Shown here: one piece after another, positions 36,745 to 45,942 of the stretch
Layout of the letters: each line of letters starts with the position of its first letter
How positions within the stretch are numbered: position 1 is the stretch's first letter
NCBI GenBank assembly: GCA_025351425.1
Contig: JANXVY010000031.1
Location: 9,202-73,201, forward strand
From: Hyphomicrobium sp.
GTDB taxonomy: Bacteria; Pseudomonadota; Alphaproteobacteria; Rhizobiales; Hyphomicrobiaceae
Direction of reading: 5' to 3'
DNA length: 64,000 nucleotides
The notes under the pieces: generated by a model
What the model saw: only the letters and a program-made list of their open reading frames with translations
Databases searched by the model: none
What the model was told of the DNA's origin: nothing
Translations under genes and position numbers: made by a program

Positions 36745-37242
36745 CTACATCCAGCTTGGCCGGTACCACTTGGGCTTGGGCGGGTCGATGAGCCCCTTGT
36801 CGAAGAACTTCATCAGCGCCGGCCGGCCGCCTTTCATGAGGTTATCCATCATCGCGCCGTCGACGGCGGTGACGGTCTTGCCTTCCGTGCTGACGATGCC
36901 GGCGGCAGGAATGCCGCGCCCGATGGAAACGCCGTATTTCTCGGCGACGTCGGTGTTCTTTTTGAAGCGCGCGACGTCGACCTTGACGACGACGTACTTC
37001 TCGGCGAGCAGGCTGCCGAAATCGGCGGCGTTCATCTCCTCGTTGAGCGCCCGGCACGAGCCGCACCAGTTGGCGCCGAAAACCAGCAGCACCTGTTTCT
37101 TCTCGGCAGTCGCCTGCGCCACGGCCGCCGCAACATCCCGTGTTGCATCGGCCAGTTCGTCGTAGACGGGAGCCTTGCCGGCGGCCTGCACGCAGGTGGC
37201 AAAAACGACGGCGAACACAATTTGAAACAGCGCACGGATCAT
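36745..37242 (-). CDS. secreted thioredoxin-fold protein
   Basis: Signal peptide MIRALFQIVFAVVFATCVQA and the active site FGANWCGSCRAL (CxxC). Confidence 0.8.
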   Translation of the reverse strand: MIRALFQIVFAVVFATCVQAAGKAPVYDELADATRDVAAAVAQATAEKKQVLLVFGANWCGSCRALNEEMNAADFGSLLAEKYVVVKVDVARFKKNTDVAEKYGVSIGRGIPAAGIVSTEGKTVTAVDGAMMDNLMKGGRPALMKFFDKGLIDPPKPKWYRPSWM

Positions 37243-37272
37243 ATCGGCACACACCTTGAGTGAGGCGCGTAA

Positions 37273-37545
37273 CTAATCGCGCCGGGGACGAGCGCCTCCC
37301 AAAAGCCGTGCCAACAGATAGACCGGCACCACCACCATGGCGCCGACGATCAGGTATTGGATGATCCAGTCGACGGCGCCGAAGCCGAGATCATAGATCC
37401 GCCGCGCCAGGATATTCAACGACGCAAACAGATTGGACGCATTGATCCCAAGCGCCGACAGCACGATGCCGACAACGAGCGAGATGACCGCCAGCCGGAG
37501 AATGATGGCCAGCGGCGAGTTTCCGCCAGCGCTGTATTGATCCAT
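37273..37545 (-). CDS. small membrane protein (2-3 TM)
   Basis: 90-aa hydrophobic ORF: LAIILRLAVISLVVGIVLSALG...IIQYLIVGAMVVVPVYLLARLL. Confidence 0.6.
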   Translation of the reverse strand: MDQYSAGGNSPLAIILRLAVISLVVGIVLSALGINASNLFASLNILARRIYDLGFGAVDWIIQYLIVGAMVVVPVYLLARLLGGARPRRD

Positions 37546-37580
37546 GACATGCTCCCATTTGAGACAACTGTGCGCTTAGC

Positions 37581-38372
37581 ATGGCGCAGCCCCCGGCAAC
37601 CAGCCTTTCGCAGCATTGGCGGCTAAACCTGTCGACGGCACCGGACGAATCTAGGATTGAGAGCGAACCAGAACCAAGGAGTGCGCCCGTGCCCACGAGC
37701 CGGCTCGACGCCGAGGACTTTCGCGAACAGCCGGTCGCCATTTGCGGCAAGGCGTTTGTCGCGCATTGGTCGGGCGCGCTTTATTGGCCGGCCGAAGAGG
37801 CGCTGATCGTGGCAGACCTGCACCTGGAACCTCGAACAGCCGGGCACGATCCGCACGAAACGCTGTCGCGGCTGGCGGAAACGATCGACCGGACGGGTGC
37901 ATCGTCCGTGATCGCGCTTGGCCACCCCGCGCCGGACTTGGGCGAAGGCGCAATCGCACAAGCGGATCGAGATGCGCTCCGCGTGCTGCAGGAAGAGGCG
38001 GACTGGATCTGGGTCGCGGGCCGCGAGAGCGCAACAATCGCGCAGCAGTTTGGCGGCCACGGCATCGCCGTGCTGACGGTATCCGGGTTGACGCTGCGCC
38101 ACCACCCGGCGACCGGCCGCGTGACGCACGAGATCGCAGGCGCGGTGCACCCGGCCGCGCGCGTGTCGCGCCTGGGTCACACGATCAGGCGGCCGTGCTT
38201 CGTGGGCAACGGCACCCGGCTCATTCTACCGGGCTTTGGTTCGCCGGGCGGCGGCAACAATATCTTGGACGATGCGTTCGAGCCCCTGTTCGGCAGCGAT
38301 GGCATGCAGGTCTGGGTGCTGGGCCACGAAGGGCTCTACCCCGTAGCGCCCCGGTTGTTGCGCGGGGACTGA
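37581..38372 (+). CDS. PdeM-like (ligase-associated damage-response) metallophosphoesterase homolog with degenerate catalytic motifs
   Basis: GALYWPAEEALIVADLHL...LTLRHHP...EIAGAVHPAA...RRPCFVGNGTRLILPGFGSPGGGNNILD resembles PdeM. The GD, GNHD and GHxH motifs read GH, GRES and GAVH instead. The start is uncertain because the N-terminal ~50 aa are low complexity. Confidence 0.55.
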   Translation: MAQPPATSLSQHWRLNLSTAPDESRIESEPEPRSAPVPTSRLDAEDFREQPVAICGKAFVAHWSGALYWPAEEALIVADLHLEPRTAGHDPHETLSRLAETIDRTGASSVIALGHPAPDLGEGAIAQADRDALRVLQEEADWIWVAGRESATIAQQFGGHGIAVLTVSGLTLRHHPATGRVTHEIAGAVHPAARVSRLGHTIRRPCFVGNGTRLILPGFGSPGGGNNILDDAFEPLFGSDGMQVWVLGHEGLYPVAPRLLRGD

Positions 38373-38466
38373 ACGCACGGCGTGTGGCTCGAAGAACAAC
38401 CGGGAGCGCCGGCGCGACCCGGCGCCGGTGCGCTGCTCCGCTGGAGCGCAACCAACGTGTGAAGCC

Positions 38467-39624
38467 CTACCTCGACGCCTCGGCAGGAGTCGAAGGTGGC
38501 AACTCTTTCTCGACCTTGATAATCTCGGCCGCGAGATCCTTCATGTCCTGCCCGCGCCGCGACATCTGGATTTGCAGCCGCCCAATCTCCTGCGTCGCGC
38601 TGATCCGCTTGGCCTGGTCAGGCTCTCGGCCCTGCTCCCGCTGAATGGAAAACAGCCGGTCGAGATCGCGCCGGTTGTCGTCTTCCAACTGCCTGTGGCG
38701 CTGCTTCAACTGAACGAGCGTCGCACTGGCCGCAAGGTTGGAGGTCTCGATCCGGCGCTTCAGGTCCTCCTCGAGCTTGCCCATGCGCTCACGCAACGCT
38801 CTTGCCTCGGCATCGTTCGTCGCGACGCCTGGCTTGGCCAACGGCCCGCCGGCCGCCGTCTTGAAAAAGAACTCCCCCGTCAGTGCCGAGTGATCCCATG
38901 GCACCTGTTTGCCCGAGGTAGCTGCAAGCACGTCGCGCCGCACATTGATCATGACGGACGTCAACGTTTGGCCAGGCTCCAGCATGTGCCGGGCCAACGC
39001 CGCCGTGAAAGGCGAATTGCGTCCAGAGCCGTCGAGAGCCACATTGCCGGGCTGGGTCGAGTAGGCGATGAACGTACCGACGCCGGTTTGCACCTCCGCG
39101 AGGCCGCTGCCGATCACCGTGGAGCGCGTACCCATGGAACGGGCAAGATTGCGGGTCAGCGGATTGTCGCGGCAGGCGTCCAGGATGACGATGTTGGTCT
39201 TGCCGTCCCGTTCGAGTTCCATCTGTTTGAGCACGAGGTCCATCCGCACGGTCTCGAAATCGAGATCGCGTTCACGGCCGATCTTGGCGTCGATCGGGAC
39301 CAGATAGTTCTGCCCGCCAACCTGCAGCCCATGGCCGGAGTAGAACAGCAGCGCGGTCTCGGCCCCTTCAAGTTCGCTCGTGAACGCCCGCAGCGTCTTG
39401 TCGAACCCGGCTTTGTCGAGATCGAGCCCCTTGACGACGACGAACCCGAGCGCGGTCAGTGCATCGGCCATATCTGTGGCATCGTTCGCAGGATTGGCGA
39501 GCGTCGGCGCATGGCTGTAGGCGGAATTGCCGATGACGAGCGCAACGCGCTTCTCCTGGGCCCCAGCCGATGGGGCGAACGCGATAGCCACGAGAACGGC
39601 AAGCATCAAAGGTAAGCGCAGCAT
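38467..39624 (-). CDS. secreted caspase-family (peptidase C14) protein with a C-terminal coiled coil
   Basis: Signal peptide MLRLPLMLAVLVAIAFAPSAGA, RVALVIGNSAY, the catalytic His in LLFYSGHG, the catalytic Cys in VILDACRDNP, and a C-terminal heptad-rich ~110 aa. Confidence 0.85.
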   Translation of the reverse strand: MLRLPLMLAVLVAIAFAPSAGAQEKRVALVIGNSAYSHAPTLANPANDATDMADALTALGFVVVKGLDLDKAGFDKTLRAFTSELEGAETALLFYSGHGLQVGGQNYLVPIDAKIGRERDLDFETVRMDLVLKQMELERDGKTNIVILDACRDNPLTRNLARSMGTRSTVIGSGLAEVQTGVGTFIAYSTQPGNVALDGSGRNSPFTAALARHMLEPGQTLTSVMINVRRDVLAATSGKQVPWDHSALTGEFFFKTAAGGPLAKPGVATNDAEARALRERMGKLEEDLKRRIETSNLAASATLVQLKQRHRQLEDDNRRDLDRLFSIQREQGREPDQAKRISATQEIGRLQIQMSRRGQDMKDLAAEIIKVEKELPPSTPAEASR

Positions 39625-39717
39625 GGTCCCTCCAGGCTCTCAAGCACGTGTGCGAGCCAAGCAGCAGATTACGACCGAAGCAGGGACGGCACGCCGGCAG
39701 AGTTGACCGGCGGCAGA

Positions 39718-40281
39718 TTACGGCGCGGGCGCCATCGGCACAGGGGTTGAGGGCACGAGCGGCACATCCCAGTCGGCCATCCCGTCGGTGCCGTCGGGAT
39801 ACCAGTAGAGAGCGGTGTAGCCGTACCCGGCCGCCCGCTTGACCGCATTCCACGACATCCAGCAGTCGGCCTGGCAATAAATGATGATGGGCATCATTTT
39901 GTTGGCCCCGCTCATCCGCGCAAGATTAGCCTGGAAATAGCGATCCAATGCAGCCGGCAGCACGCCTTTGCCGACATCGGGAAGCCAGACCGAACCCGCC
40001 ATGTTGAAGCGCGCCTTGGGCACATGCCAATCCCCGGTCTGCGGATCGGCCCCCGCCCCTTCCGAAGGCGTCACGTCCAGCAGAATGGCGTTCTGCTCGG
40101 CCGCCAGTTTTTGAAGTTCCTCAAGCGTGACGACGGTCCCACCGGGCACGGACGTGGGGGTCGGCGCGCGGTACTGGCTGATCCGGTAGCCGCTGATGGG
40201 ATCGAAGGTGGAATCGGCAGCTCGTGCAGTGCCGCCCAAGAGCAGCAGGAGCGTAAGCCAGATCAAGAGGCCCGATTTCAT
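39718..40281 (-). CDS. PQQ-dependent catabolism-associated CXXCW motif protein
   Basis: Signal peptide and a rhodanese-like fold, with the diagnostic IIYCQADCWMSWN (CxxCW) motif. Trimmed to MKSGLL at 40281. Confidence 0.8.
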   Translation of the reverse strand: MKSGLLIWLTLLLLLGGTARAADSTFDPISGYRISQYRAPTPTSVPGGTVVTLEELQKLAAEQNAILLDVTPSEGAGADPQTGDWHVPKARFNMAGSVWLPDVGKGVLPAALDRYFQANLARMSGANKMMPIIIYCQADCWMSWNAVKRAAGYGYTALYWYPDGTDGMADWDVPLVPSTPVPMAPAP

Positions 40282-40291
40282 CCTTGCGGCC

Positions 40292-41257
40292 TCACGGCAG
40301 CGGCCTGACCGCCACGCCCCACGGATAACGTCCGACCTTGATGCTTTTGATCGGCCGCAGCGTCGCAGTGTCGATGGCGGTAACATCGTTAGAGATGCCA
40401 TTGGTCGAAAATAGCATGTCGTCCTCGGGCGTGAGCGCCAGATGCCAGACCCGCTGACCGACCAGCACGTACTTCTTGACCTCGGCCGATTTCGTATCGA
40501 TGGCGGCGACCCGGTTGGCGGGGCCGAGCGCAACGAATGCGGTTGCCCCATCGCGCGTGAACGTCAGCCCCACGGGCTGGATATGATCGGCGCCGACACC
40601 GTCGATCTTGAACGTGATGGTTCGCTCGACGCTGAGGGTCGCGATGTCGATGATACTGACTGTGCCGCCGATCTCGGACGTGACCCAGAGTTTCGCGCCA
40701 TCCGCGGTGAACTTGGCAAACCGCGGCCGCGCCGGCACCGCGATGTTGGCCACGCTCTCGAAGGTCGCGGCATTGATGATGTGCGCCATGTTCGTCGTTT
40801 CCGACGTGGTGACGGCGAGTTTGTTGTCGGGCGAAACGGCGACACCCTCGGGCTCTACCCCCACCGCCACCTGGCCGACGACCAGCTTCGAAGCGAGATC
40901 GACGATGGTGGTAACCTCGTTATTCTCGTTGGCGATGAACAGCCGCGCGCCGTCGGGTGCGAGCGCGAATTGCTCGGGATCTTCCCCCGACGGCAGGTCG
41001 TAGAGATGCCCGCCCGCCGCATCATAAACCTGAACCGCATTGCTATCGCTGGCGCAGACGAAGAGCTGAGCAAACGACTTGGAAAACGCGATGCCGCGCG
41101 GCCGTTTGCCGACCGGGAACGTGCGCACGACGGTCAGCGACTTGGTATCGATGACCGAAATCGTGTTGTCCTTCTCGCTCGACACGTAGACTTCGTGGGC
41201 CCACGCAGGCCCGGCCAGAGCGAGGCACACGACTGGGAAAGCGAGCCGGGAGATCAT
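40292..41257 (-). CDS. PQQ-dependent catabolism-associated beta-propeller (YVTN-repeat) protein
   Basis: Signal peptide plus repeated motifs: VYVSSEKDNTISVIDT.., P.G.A.SPDG, LFIANENNEVT.VD, LWVTSEIGGTVSIID. Confidence 0.85.
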   Translation of the reverse strand: MISRLAFPVVCLALAGPAWAHEVYVSSEKDNTISVIDTKSLTVVRTFPVGKRPRGIAFSKSFAQLFVCASDSNAVQVYDAAGGHLYDLPSGEDPEQFALAPDGARLFIANENNEVTTIVDLASKLVVGQVAVGVEPEGVAVSPDNKLAVTTSETTNMAHIINAATFESVANIAVPARPRFAKFTADGAKLWVTSEIGGTVSIIDIATLSVERTITFKIDGVGADHIQPVGLTFTRDGATAFVALGPANRVAAIDTKSAEVKKYVLVGQRVWHLALTPEDDMLFSTNGISNDVTAIDTATLRPIKSIKVGRYPWGVAVRPLP

Positions 41258-41425
41258 GACGGACCAGAAGCAAAAGTTGCGAACATGCCTCCTTTTGGCA
41301 CGAACCGGGTTGGAATGCGCGTAGTACCATTTGGCAATTCAGCGCGCCCACTGAGACACGCTAAGCTGCTGAACAAAGGCGGGATAAACCCGCCCACTAA
41401 AAATGGCCTGGGAGGCAATTCGGCA

Positions 41426-41869
41426 ATGACTTTACGGAACGTTTTGATCGCGCTTAGCGCAGGTGTGATGCTGGCGGCAGGATATGCTGTGCTCGGCGCC
41501 AGCGAAGGACAGGCCCACGGCGACGTGACGCCCCAGGCAGTCGACGTCACCGGCCTCGATCCGCTGGGACCCGAATGGCGCACAGACAATCCTTACGGGG
41601 GCAACAAGCGCGCCCTCGAAGTCGGCTCATCGGGCTACAATCAGAATTGCGCACGCTGCCATGGCCTCCAGGTTATCTCCGGCGGCATCGCCCCCGATCT
41701 GCGTTACCTCGAAAAAGGCAAAATCGGCGACGAGTGGTTCATGACCCGCATCCGCGGCGGCGCGAAAAAACAGGATGGCACCACGATCATGCCGGCCTTC
41801 GAAGGCTTCCTGCCGCAGGAAGCCATGTGGTCGATCCGTACCTACGTCGAGTCCCTGCATCAAGATTGA
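41426..41869 (+). CDS. pedF: cytochrome c-550 PedF/ExaB-like (electron acceptor of quinoprotein ADH)
   Basis: Signal peptide and a single heme site NCARCHG, plus APDLRYL...MPAF. GGGAGG lies upstream of the ATG at 41426. It is the 3' part of track ORF 40442..41869. Confidence 0.85.
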   Translation: MTLRNVLIALSAGVMLAAGYAVLGASEGQAHGDVTPQAVDVTGLDPLGPEWRTDNPYGGNKRALEVGSSGYNQNCARCHGLQVISGGIAPDLRYLEKGKIGDEWFMTRIRGGAKKQDGTTIMPAFEGFLPQEAMWSIRTYVESLHQD

Positions 41870-41885
41870 GCGGGATGTGAATCCG

Positions 41886-42734
41886 ATGATGGCGCTCTCC
41901 CGTTGTTTTGCCTGGTCCTGCCTCGCCGCTAGCCTCGCTCTGGCGGCGCCTGCTGCCGCGCGCCCGCTCGATGAGGTCGTCGAATCCAAGGTGCTGCGCG
42001 TGGTGTTATACGAGGACAACGAACCGTTCTCCTGGCTGCGCGACGGCGAACCGGCCGGCATCGACGTCGAGATCGCGAAGACGCTGGCGCAGAAGATTGG
42101 CGTCGGCGTCGAAATCATCACCCGCATGCAGGGTGAACAGCTCGACCAGGACCTGCGTTTCAACGTCGTACGCGGCACCTTGGGCGGCGGTATCGCGGGC
42201 GACGTGATGTTGCATGTGCCCGTGGACCGCGAACTGAGCCTGCGCAACAAGGAGGCGGTGATCGGCAATGCGTATTTCCGCCAGCAAGTGGCGTTGGCCG
42301 TGCACCCCGACCATCAGGGCGCGATCGCCTCGTTCGATGTCTTCAAGACCGAAAAAATCGGCGTCCAGCTCGGCACGGTCGCCGATTATTTCTTGATGCG
42401 ATTTGATGATGGCGCGCTGGTTCCCAACGTCGCCCACCATCTGAAGGTGGCGCAGGGCGTGCAGCGGTTCATCGACAAGGAAACGCTGGCCATACTGGGC
42501 TTGCGCTCCAATCTGGAAGCGCTGTTGAAATCGAAAAGCCAGCCGGCCAATTGGGTCAATCCCCCAATGCCGGGGTTGATCCGCGCCTCTTGGGTGCTGG
42601 GCACCGCCGTCAACGAACGCAGCCGCGATCTAAGCCACGCCATCGGCGCAGCGCTGGATGACATGAGGGCCAATGGTGCGCTAAAGTCGATCTGCGAAAA
42701 GTACGGCGTCACGTATCTGCCACCGGAACCATAA
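41886..42734 (+). CDS. quinoprotein dehydrogenase-associated periplasmic substrate-binding protein (MxaJ/XoxJ-like)
   Basis: Signal peptide MMALSRCFAWSCLAASLALAAPAAA and an SBP_bac_3-like fold (LRVVLYEDNEPFSW...GIDVEIAKTLA). Confidence 0.8.
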   Translation: MMALSRCFAWSCLAASLALAAPAAARPLDEVVESKVLRVVLYEDNEPFSWLRDGEPAGIDVEIAKTLAQKIGVGVEIITRMQGEQLDQDLRFNVVRGTLGGGIAGDVMLHVPVDRELSLRNKEAVIGNAYFRQQVALAVHPDHQGAIASFDVFKTEKIGVQLGTVADYFLMRFDDGALVPNVAHHLKVAQGVQRFIDKETLAILGLRSNLEALLKSKSQPANWVNPPMPGLIRASWVLGTAVNERSRDLSHAIGAALDDMRANGALKSICEKYGVTYLPPEP

Positions 42735-42831
42735 CGGACCCCCATCAAGGTTCGATTGCCCTTGGCCCCGGGGTCGAGGGGGCGGCCCGCTCACCTGCAC
42801 TATCCGCATCGGCAATCCACGGAGCGACGCA

Positions 42832-43623
42832 ATGAAGGTCCGCCTCATCCTGGCCTGTACCCTGGCCACCCTGGCCGGCGCCGCGTCGGCCGCCGAAGAC
42901 CCGATGCACTCACCGGTCTGGGCGCAACTCGCCGCCAGGCATTTCGGTACGACGCCTTATGTTTACGACGAGCGCGTCGTCGTCACCGTTCCCGGCATCG
43001 TCGAAAACCAGGCCCAAGTGCCGGTTACGGCGGACGCCCGCGCTGTGCCCGGCGTGACCAAGCTGATGGTGATCGCCGATCTCAATCCCATCCAGCATGT
43101 CTTGACGCTCACCCCCGGCCCGAGCGCGCCCTACATCTCGTTCCGCTTCAAGGTCGAGCAGGCAACACCCGTGCGCGCGGCGGCGCTCGCAGCCGACGGT
43201 GTCTGGCACGTGGGCAGCCGCTACCTCGATGCCGCAGGCGGCGGGTGTTCAGCCCCCGCGATGGCGCGCAAAGACGCCGATTGGACCGAAACATTGGGCG
43301 CAGCCCAAGGCCGGATCTGGCGGGACGGCAGCGGCTTGGCGCGGCTGCGGCTGCGGGTGCGCCACCCGATGGATACCGGGCTCGCCAAGGACGGCACGCC
43401 CGCCTTCCATATCGAACAGGTTGAGATGAAGGATGAGAACGGCGCAAGCCTGGGCACTTTGGAACTGTTCGAACCGGTGTCCGAAGACCCGACCGTGACG
43501 ATGCTGCTGCGCGTGCAGCCGTCCACCCCCTCGGTCTCCATCGATAGCCGCGACAACAACGGCGGCGTCTTTCGTGCAACCGTGCCCGCGCCATGGAAAA
43601 GCAGCCAACTGGCAAACCCATGA
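42832..43623 (+). CDS. quinoprotein dehydrogenase-associated SoxYZ-like carrier (fused SoxY-like + SoxZ-like halves), copy 1
   Basis: Signal peptide, a central GGGCSAPA cysteine motif, and a SoxZ-like RVRHPMDTGL in the C-terminal half. Confidence 0.75.
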   Translation: MKVRLILACTLATLAGAASAAEDPMHSPVWAQLAARHFGTTPYVYDERVVVTVPGIVENQAQVPVTADARAVPGVTKLMVIADLNPIQHVLTLTPGPSAPYISFRFKVEQATPVRAAALAADGVWHVGSRYLDAAGGGCSAPAMARKDADWTETLGAAQGRIWRDGSGLARLRLRVRHPMDTGLAKDGTPAFHIEQVEMKDENGASLGTLELFEPVSEDPTVTMLLRVQPSTPSVSIDSRDNNGGVFRATVPAPWKSSQLANP

Positions 43624-44591
43624 GCGCAACCCTCTCTCGCCGCAACGCGCTCGCCGCCCTCTCGGGTCTGGCCGGGGCACCTATCTTGTCGATGTTCGAC
43701 GCTGAGGCTGCCCCCAAAGCCTATACGCTGATGCCGCAGAAACTCACCGACGGCGTCTGGATGGTGGCAGGCGTGCCCGAAGCCATCAATACGGCAAACG
43801 GCGGCGCGATCGCCAACATCTCGATCCTCTCGACATCGGAAGGCGCGGTGATCATTGATACCGGCCCGTCGAAACGCTACGGCGAGCAGCTGCGGGTTCT
43901 CGCGCAGAGCCTGACCGGCAAGGACGTGGCGCGGGTTTACCTCACGCACTTCCATCCCGACCACGTGTTCGGCACCCAGGCCTTCCCGGCCGAAAGCGTT
44001 GCCGCGACAGAAGGCGTGATCAAAGGCCTGACCGAGCTGGGCGAGGGCTTCTCCGCCGCCATGTACCAGGCAGCCGGCGACTGGATGCGCGGCACCGAAG
44101 TCGTGCTGCCCAAACACGTGATCACCAGCAGCGTCGAAGACATCGGCGACCGCCGCCTGCGCCTGTTGCGCATGAAGGGGCACACCGCCTCCGACCTGGC
44201 GATTTTTGATGAACAGACCGGGATCATCTTCGCCGGCGATCTCGTGTTCCTCGATCGCGCGCCGACCACGCCGCATGCCGATATCGGCGCCTGGAAAGTC
44301 GCGCTCGCGAACCTGGGCGGCATTCCGCACACGATGATCGTGCCGGGTCACGGCCCCGCCGAGGACAACACCCGCGGCCTGGATCAGACCCGCGTTTGGT
44401 TGACCGAGATCGATGCGATCATCGGCCAGGCCTTCGAGCGCGGCCTCGATATGACGGAGGCGATCGCACTGCCGCTTCCCGAGTGGACGAACAAGATCGC
44501 GCTCGCCCGCTACGAATACGAGCGGACCGTCATGCACCTCTATCCCAAGCTGGAAGCCGCCAAACTCCCCAAGGTCGGCGGCCGGGGCTGA
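43620..44591 (+). CDS. quinoprotein relay system zinc metallohydrolase (MBL fold), Tat-signal
   Basis: MSATLSRRNALAALSGLAG (twin-Arg-like), LTHFHPDHVFG (HxHxDH), and VPGHG. Its ATG overlaps the upstream stop codon (ATGA at 43620-43623). Confidence 0.8.
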   Translation: MSATLSRRNALAALSGLAGAPILSMFDAEAAPKAYTLMPQKLTDGVWMVAGVPEAINTANGGAIANISILSTSEGAVIIDTGPSKRYGEQLRVLAQSLTGKDVARVYLTHFHPDHVFGTQAFPAESVAATEGVIKGLTELGEGFSAAMYQAAGDWMRGTEVVLPKHVITSSVEDIGDRRLRLLRMKGHTASDLAIFDEQTGIIFAGDLVFLDRAPTTPHADIGAWKVALANLGGIPHTMIVPGHGPAEDNTRGLDQTRVWLTEIDAIIGQAFERGLDMTEAIALPLPEWTNKIALARYEYERTVMHLYPKLEAAKLPKVGGRG

Positions 44592-44613
44592 GCCAGCGCC
44601 ATTGCAAGGCCTG

Positions 44614-45615
44614 CTATTGCACCGGCAGCGGCAAGGCAATGGCCGCCGGCTTGCGGCAATAGAGCTCGGGCGGATAAAGGCGCAACGAACCTGCCAGCGC
44701 CTCGCGATCGAGCCCGCGCGCGATACACAAGTTCTCCTTCGCGCGCTCGACGGACTCCTGCGTGATCCGCTTGAGCGCTTGCGTGTTAAATAGCACCGAT
44801 GCCATCTCGCGCCCAGACGGACGATCGACCTCGATCTCGCGCAGGTCGACGGTGGGGAACGCAAAGCTGATGGTGACGCTGTGCTTGTCGGTGCGCCCCG
44901 CGCTGACCTCGCCCGACGCATTCACCAGCCGGAACGACTGCGGCACCGGGTTCAGCACCAGCGACGGCTTGATCGACCCGTTGAAAGTCGTGGTGAAATT
45001 CAGCGTGTCAGTGAATTCGCCCTTGGCGCCGCCGAATTCGGTCAGCTCGACGAACGTGTTGACGGCCTTCGTCATCCCGATCGAACCGCTGATGGGATAA
45101 TGCAGATGGGCCTCGCGCACCACGAAGTCGTGGCACTTGAGCTTGGCCAAATCGGCAAACGTCTCGACTGTTTCGAAGCGCCGCAAACCGTCGCGCTGCC
45201 GCTTGTAATCGGCGGCCGCCGCGAGATCGAACGAGCCGGTCGTGAACGGAACCTTGAACCCAAGCGCGCCCGACACGTCGTTGTTTTCGCTGATCATGAA
45301 TTCGAACCGGTACGCAATCGAGCTTGCGCCGTAAGCGAGCAGCTTGGCGGCGAGCTTGGCGTCGCGACGGCGGATGCGTTCGAGGTTGGCCGGCTCCAGC
45401 ACATGTTCGGCATCGATATCGCCCGACCCGATAGCCTTGAGCTCGAAAGTGATGCGATCGCGGACGGCGAACTTGGTCTCGCACCGCATGCTGCGCACGA
45501 TGTCCTCGGTCGGAATACCAACCACGTCGTCTGGAATGGGACGGACCGAACAACCAGCCAGAACAGACAATGCCAGCAGCGCCAAGGCCAATCGCATGAA
45601 CACAACTCCCAGCAT
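44614..45615 (-). CDS. hypothetical lipoprotein
   Basis: Lipobox LSVLAGC, then a 300-aa mixed beta-rich sequence. I recognise no family. The start could be 45597. Confidence 0.65.
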   Translation of the reverse strand: MLGVVFMRLALALLALSVLAGCSVRPIPDDVVGIPTEDIVRSMRCETKFAVRDRITFELKAIGSGDIDAEHVLEPANLERIRRRDAKLAAKLLAYGASSIAYRFEFMISENNDVSGALGFKVPFTTGSFDLAAAADYKRQRDGLRRFETVETFADLAKLKCHDFVVREAHLHYPISGSIGMTKAVNTFVELTEFGGAKGEFTDTLNFTTTFNGSIKPSLVLNPVPQSFRLVNASGEVSAGRTDKHSVTISFAFPTVDLREIEVDRPSGREMASVLFNTQALKRITQESVERAKENLCIARGLDREALAGSLRLYPPELYCRKPAAIALPLPVQ

Positions 45616-45942
45616 CGCCAGTTGGTCGGGAACAATCCCTGAGTGCTGCGATCACCCGATTCGCTTGGCCGCGGCAACGCCGGGAGCGCGATCCGTCCAC
45701 CGCTCAATGCGCGATGGCGGGAGAGGTGCGGAGAGACGAGGTGTACTATTTGGCAATTAGCGGCGGATTGCCCCTGCGCTAACGTACCACTTGGTCAAAC
45801 GCCTCACAGCGCATGGCGACCCGGTTCTGGCAGCGTTCAATTTTTGTGAACGACCGTCTTGACCGGAGCCATGCGCCAAAAAAAGCGCGCACAGCGCTGC
45901 CAACGAGGGGCGTAGCCAAGGAAACAGTCCAAGGGAAAACAT

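Noticed and set aside
41377-41393. A GGCGGG-ATAAA-CCCGCC hairpin in the divergent beta-propeller/pedF promoter region, considered as an operator or attenuator.
   Set aside because: It is a 6-bp stem only, with no repeat elsewhere and no U-tract. The evidence is insufficient.
45750-45772. A possible sigma-54 promoter (TGGCA...TTGC) upstream of the PQQ alcohol dehydrogenase.
   Set aside because: The GG-to-GC spacing is ~16 nt instead of the required 10 nt. A second TGGCAG nearby lacks a GC element at the right distance.
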